This document shows positions 7,178 to 17,000 of a stretch of 64,000 nucleotides of DNA, piece after piece; within the stretch, counting starts at the first letter, position 1, and every line of letters starts with the position of its first letter. The DNA comes from Candidatus Poseidoniaceae archaeon (GTDB lineage: Archaea; Thermoplasmatota; Poseidoniia; Poseidoniales; Poseidoniaceae): assembly GCA_965659685.1 (NCBI GenBank), contig CBFHXB010000011.1, forward strand, positions 8,595 to 72,594, given 5' to 3'. Made by a program: the position numbers and the translations under genes. Under the pieces are notes generated by a model that saw only the letters and a program-made list of their open reading frames with translations, did no database searches and was not told the origin of the DNA.

Positions 7178-9838
7178 ATGGCCTCCGCACGCTGGGAAGG
7201 CCGCGTCGGATTGGTCAGTTCCCGGTACCGTTCCATCGGTGAAGGTGCACAAGGAGCCACGGTGGTCGAACTCTTCGGCCGTGCAGCAAGCGGCGAAAGC
7301 GTCTGCGTGTTGGTGCACGGGCTGCGTCCTCACATCGAAGTCGCCCCCATCGGCCGTTGGTCGAGCGGGCTCGACGTTCCCGATGCCTTGACCGAAGCCG
7401 CGGCCAACCTTCGAAACCGAGACCAAGTCCGTGACGTCCATGGGCCAGAGCTGCGTTGGACCGACCTTGGATGGAAACCCGTCTGGCGTGTGGAGGTTCA
7501 CCAACCGTTCATGGTGCCTGAACTTCGTCGCTCCCTCGAGGGTGCATGGTCCTTGTTCGCGGCCGACATTCCGTTCACCAACCGGCTGTTGCTCGAGGCC
7601 GACCTGGGCATGCACGTGGCCGTTACCGGCGAGGTCGTCGGCCGGCGTTCAGACGGTGAAGCCGCACAGGCCGCGGTGCGGGCCGCCGGAGGTGGAGGCG
7701 TCTATGCCGTGGACCTGACCGTGCACTGTTCCATCGATGACCTCCAACCCACAGAGGCCTTTCCCGTGCCCTTTCGGTTGCTTTCCTTCGACTTGGAGAC
7801 CAGCATTGCCGACAACAGCATCCTTTGCGGAGCAGCGGTGTTGGAGGACCTTGGAACCGGAGCGCGCGAAGTTCACACGTGGCGTGACGACGAAACTGCC
7901 CTCTTGGAAGGCATGACGTCACTGATCCTCGAGCAGGACCCCGACATCATCACAGGCTACAACATCGACAATTTCGACCTCCCCCGAATCGCGGAACGGG
8001 TGGAAGCCCTCGGAGGCCGCAAAGACACCGAACGACGTCTGGCCATGTTTGGCTGGGGCCGAACCCCTCAGGACGCCTCCGACCTCCGTCGCCAACGGGA
8101 CGCCGTGGTGCCCAAACGTGCCAGCACCCGTGCATGGACCCTCGGTGGCCGCTGCGTGATGGACACGTGGTGGCAAGCCAGGATGGCGCTCCGTCCTCAA
8201 CGTGAGACCCTTGCCTTCGTCAGCGCCCTGCTGTTTCCTGAGGATGCGGCGCGGCAAAAGATGGACGTCGATGCCTCGCGGATGGACGAGGAATGGGCGG
8301 CTCGACCTGACGTGGTGCTCGAATATTGCCGCCGGGACGCAGAATTGCCGCTCGACATTCTCCAATCCTTGCAGATCGTACGAAGGAAGGAAGCCGTGGC
8401 TGCCGTGGCCAAGGTGCCCTTCGAAACGGCGAGCAATGGAAGCACCAGCCAACTCATCGATTCCCTCGTGATTCGGCGAGCGGACCGCACCGGCATCGCC
8501 GTCCCGATGACGGGAAGCGCTGAACCCAAGGAGGGGCAAATCACAGGTGGCTACGTCCACGACGTGGAAGCCGGATTGCATCCTTGGATCGCCGTGTTGG
8601 ACTTCAAGAGCATGTACCCGAGCATCATGATTGGCCACAACATCTGCTACACCACGCGGGTGGACCCTGCCCATCCGGAGCAACCTTCCAGTGACGAGGC
8701 GGTGCACACGGCGCCGACGGGAGTCCGGTTTTGGGGCGACGAACACCGAACGGGCCTCGTCCCCTTCCTGCTTCGAGATTTGATGGCTCAGCGTGACCTC
8801 CACAAGCAGGGCATGCGTGATGCGAAGGACGACGCCGTGCAAGCCTTTCACGACGCCATGCAATACGCGGTGAAGATCCTCATGAATTCCTTCTACGGTG
8901 TGTTCGCTTCCGGGTTTTACCGCTTTACGCATCGCGATCTCGGCTCGTCGATCACCGCTTGGGCCCGGCATAACATCAAGGCGGTCATCGCTGACTTGGA
9001 AGCACAAGGCCATCCAGTGGTGTACTCGGACACCGATTCCATCTTCGTCAAATCACCCATCGAAGCAGGGGTCCCTGGTGCCGTTCCGAAGGAGGCTCGG
9101 GTTCTCGCCGAAAGCGGGGACGCCCAGGCCGTTGCCGTCGTGGCTGAGTGGGATGAGGCCAAGGAGGCGATGGTGGCCTTCGGCCTCGACCTCGCCGAGC
9201 GCTACAGCCGGGATTCAGCGGTCTTAGAATTCGAAAAAGGTCTCTCGGTCTTCTTCTCTCACGGCGCCAAGAAGCGCTACGTCGGCCAAGTGGTGTGGCC
9301 GAGCGAGGAGATGCTGATCCGCGGCTACGAAACCCAACGGACGGACTCCTTCTCGTTCCTCGTGCAGAGCATGCACACCGTGATGGAACACGCTTTGGCC
9401 GACGAAGGTGAGGCTCTGGTCGCCTACGCCCTCGACCAAGTCGGAGCGCTGAAAGCGGAAGACGTCGACGCAGATCGCCTTATTCTTGCCAAGTCCTGCA
9501 AAGGAAAGGTCCGGCGTGACGGCACGGTGGACTTTGCCTCCGCGTATGCCAACCCGGACAGCATGGCTCAGGTTCGTGCGGCCCGTCAGCGCATCGAACT
9601 TGGCCTTCCGTTCACCTCCGGGATGAAGGTCTCCTTCGTGGTCACCGACGCAAGCCGCCGTCCAATGCAGGTCGCGGCATGGTTGGAAGAACAGGAACAT
9701 GGCGGCGTGGAGGGATACGACGGACGCTTCTATGCAGAGCGTCTCGCCGCTGCACTCGGTCGAATCACCGAAGCATTTGGTTGGACGGCACAGGATTTGA
9801 TGCGCGGCAGCCGGCAAACCTCGTTGTTCTCGTTTTGA
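7178..9838 (+). CDS. polB: family B DNA polymerase
   Basis: It has Exo II 'YNIDNFDLPRI', motif A 'DFKSMYPSIMI', motif B 'KILMNSFYG' and motif C 'YSDTDS'. No intein is evident. The start is trimmed to ATG 7178, because the track start 7028 overlaps ilvE. Confidence 0.9.
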   Translation: MASARWEGRVGLVSSRYRSIGEGAQGATVVELFGRAASGESVCVLVHGLRPHIEVAPIGRWSSGLDVPDALTEAAANLRNRDQVRDVHGPELRWTDLGWKPVWRVEVHQPFMVPELRRSLEGAWSLFAADIPFTNRLLLEADLGMHVAVTGEVVGRRSDGEAAQAAVRAAGGGGVYAVDLTVHCSIDDLQPTEAFPVPFRLLSFDLETSIADNSILCGAAVLEDLGTGAREVHTWRDDETALLEGMTSLILEQDPDIITGYNIDNFDLPRIAERVEALGGRKDTERRLAMFGWGRTPQDASDLRRQRDAVVPKRASTRAWTLGGRCVMDTWWQARMALRPQRETLAFVSALLFPEDAARQKMDVDASRMDEEWAARPDVVLEYCRRDAELPLDILQSLQIVRRKEAVAAVAKVPFETASNGSTSQLIDSLVIRRADRTGIAVPMTGSAEPKEGQITGGYVHDVEAGLHPWIAVLDFKSMYPSIMIGHNICYTTRVDPAHPEQPSSDEAVHTAPTGVRFWGDEHRTGLVPFLLRDLMAQRDLHKQGMRDAKDDAVQAFHDAMQYAVKILMNSFYGVFASGFYRFTHRDLGSSITAWARHNIKAVIADLEAQGHPVVYSDTDSIFVKSPIEAGVPGAVPKEARVLAESGDAQAVAVVAEWDEAKEAMVAFGLDLAERYSRDSAVLEFEKGLSVFFSHGAKKRYVGQVVWPSEEMLIRGYETQRTDSFSFLVQSMHTVMEHALADEGEALVAYALDQVGALKAEDVDADRLILAKSCKGKVRRDGTVDFASAYANPDSMAQVRAARQRIELGLPFTSGMKVSFVVTDASRRPMQVAAWLEEQEHGGVEGYDGRFYAERLAAALGRITEAFGWTAQDLMRGSRQTSLFSF

Positions 9839-9860
9839 GCCTCAGGTGGGCACAGGGTTC

Positions 9861-11066
9861 ATGACGGCGCGACGGGCACCGTTCACCATGGGACGGTGGC
9901 CGGTCGCGGCAAGCCTCATGCTGATGATGGTGGCTTCAAGCCTGGCCGGTTGCGTCACGGAAGGGACAGAAGAAAGCGGCTTGGACGCTGTGTTTACCCT
10001 CTCTCCTGCGAACAACATCCGTGTCGGTGACACGGTGGCCTTCGACGCCTCCGGGTCATTGCCCAACGACGGCTCGCTGAGCTACCGTTGGGATTTCGAT
10101 GGAAACGGCACCGTGGACGCCACGGGTCGAACCGCGGAGTGGACCTTCGGCGCAGCGGGCAGTTTCACGGTCGTCCTGACGATCTCTGACGGTGTGCGGT
10201 CCGCAGAGGCCACCCGGGCGGTGGACGTCGTGGAAGCCTCGGCCGAAGCCCCGACGGCCAGCATCAGCCTCGACGCTTCATCAGAGTTCGATTGCCTCGG
10301 CGAGGACGTCACGGCCAATTCCTACATCCTGATTTGGATGTGTGAGGACGACAAAGAAACGTCCGACCGTACGATTTCCGCCACGACCACGGTGGTGCTC
10401 GACGCGAGCGATTCCGATGCGGCGACATCGGACGATTACATCACCGAATGGGCATGGGACCTCGCGCCGTCCGAAGACGAGGACGGGGACGGAGATTCGG
10501 AAAACGACGCCGACCTTGAGGGAGAGACCGTGGATTGGACCTCAGTCGCTCCAGGGGAGTACGAAGTGGTCCTCACGGTAAAGAGCAGCAAGGGCATGAC
10601 GAGCACGGACGAGGTCAAGGTGCACGTGAACTACGCAGGAACGTGGACCGATTTTGAAATGGGGGGCAACAGTTCCTCTGGACCCGCGCAACTCGATTTT
10701 GACGTGACCGTGGTGTACGACCGTGACTCTGGAAACACCATCCGGAAGGCCATCGCGGAATTGTCCTACCCGAAACAAGACGACGACTGGGTCGTCGGTG
10801 GCACCCAACAGCAGAACAACAACCGCTTGGAAGTCTACGTCTTTGACGAGGAGAACGAGGAGGTCGTGAATTCCTCAGAGATCGGCGACGATCAACGCGA
10901 GGACGACAATTGCGACAGCGACGACTACTGCCTGAGCCTTCCCTTGTCGTCCTACTTGATGACGGACACCACGCACGGTGATGGGGAGTGGACGATGACC
11001 ATTCACAACGACCGTTGGAACGACATCAAGGTCACACAATTCCGCATCGTTCTGGAGTACAAGTGA
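9861..11066 (+). CDS. acidic secreted lipoprotein with PKD domains
   Basis: A signal peptide ends in the lipobox-like 'SLAGC'. The PKD signature 'YRWDFDGNGTVD...FTVVLTISDG' is followed by a second PKD-like module 'YEVVLTVKSSKG'. The composition is very D/E-rich. Confidence 0.55.
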   Translation: MTARRAPFTMGRWPVAASLMLMMVASSLAGCVTEGTEESGLDAVFTLSPANNIRVGDTVAFDASGSLPNDGSLSYRWDFDGNGTVDATGRTAEWTFGAAGSFTVVLTISDGVRSAEATRAVDVVEASAEAPTASISLDASSEFDCLGEDVTANSYILIWMCEDDKETSDRTISATTTVVLDASDSDAATSDDYITEWAWDLAPSEDEDGDGDSENDADLEGETVDWTSVAPGEYEVVLTVKSSKGMTSTDEVKVHVNYAGTWTDFEMGGNSSSGPAQLDFDVTVVYDRDSGNTIRKAIAELSYPKQDDDWVVGGTQQQNNNRLEVYVFDEENEEVVNSSEIGDDQREDDNCDSDDYCLSLPLSSYLMTDTTHGDGEWTMTIHNDRWNDIKVTQFRIVLEYK

Positions 11067-11109
11067 CCCGTTTCTCCGCCGCATGACCTTCGGCGAGGGC
11101 AGCGTGGAA

Positions 11110-11117
11110 TTCAAATA
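11110..11117 (+). promoter_or_regulatory. candidate TATA-like box upstream of EF-1alpha
   Basis: TTCAAATA sits in an otherwise GC-rich spacer 40-47 nt upstream of ATG 11157. A GGAG lies ~10 nt before the ATG. Weak evidence, based on position only. Confidence 0.3.
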
Positions 11118-11156
11118 GGGGAGTTCAGTCGGCGACTCGCACAGGAGTGTATTACC

Positions 11157-12452
11157 ATGCCATCGCAGTGGGAAGACAAGAAGAAGCCACACCGCAACAT
11201 CGTGTTCGTTGGTCACGTTGACCACGGAAAGTCGACCACCGTTGGTCGTCTCCTCCTCGACTCCGGTCACATTGAGGGACACGTCATTGAGAAGAACGAG
11301 AAGCTCGCCGCCGAGCAGGGCAAGGCCGGATTCGGTCTCGCTTACGTGATGGACGGGCTCAAGGAAGAGCGCGAGCGTGGAATCACCATCGACGTCGCCC
11401 ACAAGGAGTTCTTCACCCCGAAGTACTACTGGACCGTCATCGACGCTCCCGGTCACCGCGACTTCGTGAAGAACATGATCACCGGTGCCTCCCAGGCCGA
11501 CACCGCTGTGCTGCTCTGCGCGGCCAACGACGGTGTCAACGCCCAGACCAAGGAACACGCGTTCCTTGCTCGCGTGCTCGGTGTGAAGGAACTCATCGTC
11601 CACGTCAACAAGATGGACATTTCCGGTGTCGACTGGGCCGAAGAGAAGTACAACGCCACCAAGACCGAGGTGTCCAACCTCCTCAAGATGGCGGGCTTCG
11701 GCGGTCAACTCGACCGCATCCCCTTCATCCCCGCGTCCAGCCTCAACGGCGACAACGTGTACGAGAAGTCCGACAAGTGCCCCTGGTACAGCGGACCCAC
11801 CCTGTTCGAAGCCATCGACGCTGCGGCCATGCCCGACAAGCCTGTGGACAAGGCCCTCCGCCTGCCCATTCAGGACGTCTACAAGATTGGCGGCATCGGT
11901 ACCGTGCCCGTCGGCAAGGTCGAGACCGGCATCCTGAACGTCGGCAAGACCGTGATCTTCAACCCCAGCCAGAAGTCGGCTGAGGTCAAGTCCATCGAGA
12001 TGCACCACACCATGGTCGACAAGGCTGAGCCCGGCGACAACGTCGGATTCAACGTCCGTGGCCTCGCCGCCACCGACATCCGCCGCGGTGACGTTGCTGG
12101 CTACTCTGACAGCGAACCCACCTTCGTTCGCCACGACGAGACCTTCGTCGGACAGATCCAGCTCATGGACATCCCCAAGGCCGTCTCCGTTGGATACACC
12201 CCGGTGTTCCACGCCCACACCGCTCAGGTCGCCGTGCGCTTCCAGGAACTCCTCGAGAAGACCAACAAGGCCGGCAAGGAGGCCAACCCCTCCTTCCTGA
12301 AGACCGGTGACGCGTGCCTCATCCGCTTCCAGCCGACCAAGCCGATGGCCATCGAAGCCATGGAGACCTTCCCTGAACTCTCCCGCTTCGCCATCCGTGA
12401 CATGGGCAAGACCGTCGCTGCCGGCGTCTGCCTCAAGGTCGAGAAGAAGTGA
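11157..12452 (+). CDS. tuf: translation elongation factor EF-1alpha (aEF1A)
   Basis: 'GHVDHGKSTTVG', 'DAPGHRDF' and 'NKMD' are present, with full-length similarity to archaeal EF-1alpha. Confidence 0.97.
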   Translation: MPSQWEDKKKPHRNIVFVGHVDHGKSTTVGRLLLDSGHIEGHVIEKNEKLAAEQGKAGFGLAYVMDGLKEERERGITIDVAHKEFFTPKYYWTVIDAPGHRDFVKNMITGASQADTAVLLCAANDGVNAQTKEHAFLARVLGVKELIVHVNKMDISGVDWAEEKYNATKTEVSNLLKMAGFGGQLDRIPFIPASSLNGDNVYEKSDKCPWYSGPTLFEAIDAAAMPDKPVDKALRLPIQDVYKIGGIGTVPVGKVETGILNVGKTVIFNPSQKSAEVKSIEMHHTMVDKAEPGDNVGFNVRGLAATDIRRGDVAGYSDSEPTFVRHDETFVGQIQLMDIPKAVSVGYTPVFHAHTAQVAVRFQELLEKTNKAGKEANPSFLKTGDACLIRFQPTKPMAIEAMETFPELSRFAIRDMGKTVAAGVCLKVEKK

Positions 12453-12487
12453 GCCTCCAACGAGGCGTGAATTGAGGAGGGTCGTCG

Positions 12488-12817
12488 ATGGCTGCGGTCA
12501 CCGTGATCAAGTTGACCGGTGAGAACCACCGTGACATCGATCAAGTCGCTCACCAGATCAAGTTGATCTGCGACTCCGGTGGCGTTCGCCTGCGCGGTCC
12601 GATTCCTCTGCCCACGCGTCGTCTGGTGGTGCCCGTTCGCCGAGCACCTGACGGTGAAGGGAGCGAGACCTACGACCACTACGAGATGCGTGTCCACAAG
12701 CGCCTGCTTGAGATGGACATCACCTCCGGCAAGGACGAGTCTGCCCTCCGCAACGTCGCTCGGATCGACATCCCTGACACGGTCAGCATCGAGATTTCGA
12801 TGCGCAGCGTCAACTGA
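12488..12817 (+). CDS. rps10: 30S ribosomal protein S10
   Basis: 'GPIPLPTRRLVVPVRRAPDGEGSETYDHYEMRVHKRLLEMD' is present, and the gene sits in the conserved tuf-rps10 order. Confidence 0.9.
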   Translation: MAAVTVIKLTGENHRDIDQVAHQIKLICDSGGVRLRGPIPLPTRRLVVPVRRAPDGEGSETYDHYEMRVHKRLLEMDITSGKDESALRNVARIDIPDTVSIEISMRSVN

Positions 12818-12895
12818 ATCCGGCTTCGCCGAACCCCAGCTATTCACTGACGGTGCAACCGCTCCCGCTCTGGCCTTTCTCTCTGTTCGCGTTCA

Positions 12896-12913
12896 ACCCG
12901 TTCGTGAACGGGT
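12896..12913. terminator. 18-nt inverted repeat ACCCGTTC-GT-GAACGGGT between convergent genes
   Basis: The 8-nt arms are perfect. It abuts the stop of the minus-strand gene (TGA at 12913-12915), lies ~80 nt after the rps10 stop, and follows a T/C-rich tract (ctttctctctgttcgcgttc). Confidence 0.4.
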
Positions 12914-14004
12914 CAGAGTTCAGCGGCTTCAGCCACGCCTGAGGCGACCAAGATGTCGGCGACGTCAGCCGTCAAGAGGTGAACGTCCCCGGAAGAGAGG
13001 ACGATTTCTTCCCCCGCGGGTCCCAAAATGGCGTCTTCCATGGACACCAGGATTCGCACGCGGGACAGCGAAGCACTCGGGGCGTCAGCAGAGGATGCCT
13101 CTGCCACGGGCGTTTCGGTCGGTTCGGAATCTGGTGCGGGTGCGAGTTCCAATGCAGCCGCGTGCCTCCCCTTTGGTTCGGGCTTTGGCGTGGCTTCACC
13201 TTGCTCGAAGAGGTATGCTTCCTCGGGCCAATCGTCCAACCGTTCCGACAGCAACCGTTCCTCTTCGTCCATCTCAAGATCCTGAAGGTCTTTCGGTGTG
13301 GGGTCCTCGAAGGCCAAGGCAGGTGGTGGACTTCCCGTCAGGCCCTCCTTGCTTCCAGTGAACGCGTCGAGTTGGGTGGTGCCTGCCGGGGCCAAGTCTG
13401 CGACAGCCGGGCGGCTTGCAGCGGCTTCCGCAGGAAGTCCGTTCTGCATCGAGGCCCAATCCACGGCGAGCTTGAAGCGGTCCATCTGCTCCTTCATCGT
13501 GGTGTAGAACTCCCGCTCTGCAGGGTCATGGCGGCTCCAATCCAACGAAGGGAGTTCGTTGGGTTGGCTCGCCGGCGAAGGTGAACGCAGCGATTGGCTT
13601 GAGGCGTGTTGCATCATGGCCACAAGGCGGCGCCTCGCCAATTCGCTTGCCACGCGCCGGATGGTTGCCTGACGGCGCTGGAGGTTCTGGACCCGGAGGT
13701 CGAATCCGTGTTTTCGAACGGCTTCGTGCAGGTCCAAATCGATGGATTGGAGCAACCTGCTCACGGCATTCCAAAAGTCAGGCCGTGGCAGCGGGATGGG
13801 GATGCGCCGGTTGATTTGTTGGCGGTGGGTGGTGGTGAGTTGCTCCTCCACCTCTCGGGCAGCGGCCTCATCGAGGGGACCTGCTGCACTCATCACCTGC
13901 TCGTCGGGACGAGACCACTTGAAACCTTCAATCGACACGTCATACAAGGCGAACGAGCGTTCAAGTTCATCAGGACCTGTGGTCCAAGGGATGGAGGCCC
14001 ACAT
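12913..14004 (-). CDS. putative GINS subunit (Gins51/Gins15-like) with a long acidic insertion
   Basis: The N-terminal helical part 'LPRPDFWNAVSRLL...IRRVASELARRRLVAMMQHA' and the C-terminal 'VRILVSMEDAILGPAGEEIVLSSGDVHLLTADVADILVASGVAEAAEL' match my memory of the archaeal GINS51 A and B domains. A ~180-aa acidic, low-complexity linker lies between them. ATG 13893 is an alternative start. Confidence 0.4.
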   Translation of the reverse strand: MWASIPWTTGPDELERSFALYDVSIEGFKWSRPDEQVMSAAGPLDEAAAREVEEQLTTTHRQQINRRIPIPLPRPDFWNAVSRLLQSIDLDLHEAVRKHGFDLRVQNLQRRQATIRRVASELARRRLVAMMQHASSQSLRSPSPASQPNELPSLDWSRHDPAEREFYTTMKEQMDRFKLAVDWASMQNGLPAEAAASRPAVADLAPAGTTQLDAFTGSKEGLTGSPPPALAFEDPTPKDLQDLEMDEEERLLSERLDDWPEEAYLFEQGEATPKPEPKGRHAAALELAPAPDSEPTETPVAEASSADAPSASLSRVRILVSMEDAILGPAGEEIVLSSGDVHLLTADVADILVASGVAEAAEL

Positions 14005-17000
14005 GCAGCGTCGCCGTGCGTCCCTTGGGATGCTTCTGGTGCTCCTGCTGCCCCTCTTCGTCCCCGTGGTTCATGCCGGCCTTGGTCCCTTGCGGCAAAC
14101 CAGCAGCTCAACGGCCACGGTGACCCCTCTCGGAGGTGGCGGTGGCATCACGGCGAACAACGTCACGTCCGTGTCGGTCCCGCTCAACCATACCGTGGTG
14201 GACGCAGGTCTCACCTTGGGGACCGTGTGGAGCGAAGACGGATCCAACGGCACCCAGTTTTCTCATGACGTGAGGACCGGCTTCTCGGTTGGTCTCCACG
14301 ACCGCACGGAGGGCCTGTTGAGGGGAGGTCGGTTGACCCTTGCTTCACCGGAGTCGACCAACGACGTGGAGGACTTTGAGGATCCTGTCCTGACCCCCGA
14401 CGGCTGGCTGGCCGTTGGAAGCGCCGACCGTTCGTGGTCAACGGTCAACCTGAGTTCAGCGTCGTTGAACGCTTCGTTCCCTGCAAGCGCCCAGGACGGC
14501 CACAGGGCCCTCCTTCTTGGGGGGGCAAACGTGAGCTTGACGCCCAAGATGGCCGGTTGCTTCGTTGCGCCTCAGGTGGACGGTCCACGCGTGGTTCGAA
14601 ACATGACGGTCAACTTCCACTCCTCGGCCGATTTGGGTCCTCAGGACGCACGTTGGGTTGAATGGCGCAGTGCGACGTCCCCGACGTGGGCAGCCTTGGC
14701 TCCTGAAGGAGGATACCCGCACGCGATGAACGGGAGTTTCGATGCGGGCATGCAACCCGACCCTACCGGGCTGAGTGCGGCATGGGTGGGCGACGAAACC
14801 CAAGGATGGATGCGCCATACGCTCTCCCTCGACGGGCACGTGGGATCATCTGAGCCGTGGTACCAGATTCGCTTCTGTTTCGCGACGACCAACGAGACGG
14901 CATCACGTTCCGGATGGTTGCTTGACGGACTCAGCGTTCACAACGAAGGCGATCCTGGTGGGGCTTGGTTCCATGGCAACCTCTCGGGCGCCTATGCGCC
15001 AGACGCGGACGGTTGGGTGATTTTGGACACCGATCTTTCCGGGCTCTCCTCTCCCACGGAACTTGTGTTCCGGGCAAATTGGGACATGGAGGGCGGTTGG
15101 CAAGACAGCATGACCACCCTCCTCAGCCTCGACAACGGCACCTCGTGGACCTTGTTGTCGCAAGCCCCCGGCCTGCCTGGAAACGGCATCCTCTGGCAAG
15201 GAGGGTGGCTGACGCAGGAATCAGGGGGGTGGATCGACGTCGGCTACAGCCTCCCACCCGCCGTCTTCACCTCTTCGAACGCGTCGTCCGCTCAACTGGC
15301 CTTCCGTGTCATCACCGACACCAACGTTGGGTACGGCAACGCCGGCGTGGACGGTTGGGAGGGCATGGCCATCGATGACCTGCGTGCCATCACCTACGGT
15401 GGTGTCGGCAACACCACCGTGCGGATGCTGAACAATTTCACCTCCACTCCTGTGCTGGGACAAGGGGTCAACCTGAGCCAAACAAACAGCACGAACGAAT
15501 GGGCATGGACCACCGCCCTCGGTGCAAACGGCCCAACATGGTGGAATGCATCCTTTGAATCCGGTCGCATGGTGCCTCGCGGCTGGTCGATTTCATTGGA
15601 GCGGGGCCAAGGTTGGGACGTGGGGGTGCTTCCCAACGGAACGACCTCGGGACCCCGGGCTTGGACGTCGGGGAACAACGGTGCCGGGATCGTCCTCGAC
15701 GGGGATTACGCCGCTGAAAGTTTGGCCTTCTTGACCTCGCCGAGTTACAGTCTCCCGGACAACAGCAGCGCACGTTTGGCCTTCCGTTCGTGGGTGTGCA
15801 CGGAAACAGATTGGGACGGTGGAGCCGTCCAGATTTCCGTGGACGACGGTGCCACGTGGTGGTTCCCACCTTACCACAGCCACACGCATCACACCCTTTC
15901 GAGGATGAACCCATATTCGCCGTTCTACGATGAAGGCATCTACGACGGCTCCATCCACAACGGTGGATGCCCCACCCGTTCGCAGAGTTTCGACGCCGAA
16001 ACCATCGACGTCAGCAACTTGTCTGGACAGGACGTTCGCTTCAGGTACGTCTTCTTCTCCGACACCTGGGTGGAAAAAGACGGGTGGTACATCGACGATG
16101 CAGGCGTTGAAATCGACGTGTTCCTGAACGAAGGCACCTGGACGTCCCCCGCATTCAGCGCTCCAGCTCGGTCCATGTGGGGGTTGCTCGACGGTCATGC
16201 AAGGCTCCCTCCCGGCACCAATCTCACCGTCGATTTGCTCCATCAAAACGGCTCGGCGGTGGACGGGTGGACGGGCCTCACGCTCCCCACCCACGTCAGC
16301 CTCCTGACCAGCGAGGCGCCCGTGCTCCGCCTCCGCGTGAACATGTCCACCACGTCCTCCTTGGCCACGCCCATCCTCGAACGGCTGACCATGGGGAGTG
16401 TGGCGCATCTGGATGCTGCCCATCTCGGACCAGTGCTACCAAGCGGCCTCGTGGTGGGTCAAGACGGTGCGGTGAGCAACGTGGCCACCTCGGGCACCTA
16501 CCTGCCCTTCTCAGCATGGCCCTCGTGCCCGCACGACCGGGCAACGGTGCACGTGATCGCGCAAGGAGCTCGCCTTGTGGCCCCAGGGGCCTCCGTCACG
16601 TCCGTCGGCAACGCCTCTGGGGTCGAAACCTTCGACGTGGCATGGAACGCCGTGCGGTTGCACTCTGGGATCAGCATGGAATTGCCTCCAGGCGCGAGCA
16701 TGAAGGAGGTCCGAAGCGAAGTGGATTGCGTCCATTCGGCCACCGGACTCACGGTTGGTCTCGACACGCAAACCCACGAGGTGTTCGACATGGCCTCCTT
16801 GGGTCATGGAAACGTGCTTGGCGCTGCCGACGCGTTGGCCATGGTCCTGAACGCCACCGACGGTACCCTTCTCTGGGACGGCAACAGCAGCAGCTCAGGG
16901 CCCGTCACCGCTTCCAACCAGAGCCTCGAATTGGTGTGGTGGGTGGAAGGTTCGTCCAGCCAGTCCGCCTCCTCAATCCCCTTTGACATGGTTTTCGACC

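Noticed and set aside
10875-12218. A 447-aa ORF on the minus strand.
   Set aside because: It runs antisense to the unambiguous EF-1alpha gene. Its low-complexity G/V/D-rich translation is a typical high-GC shadow ORF.
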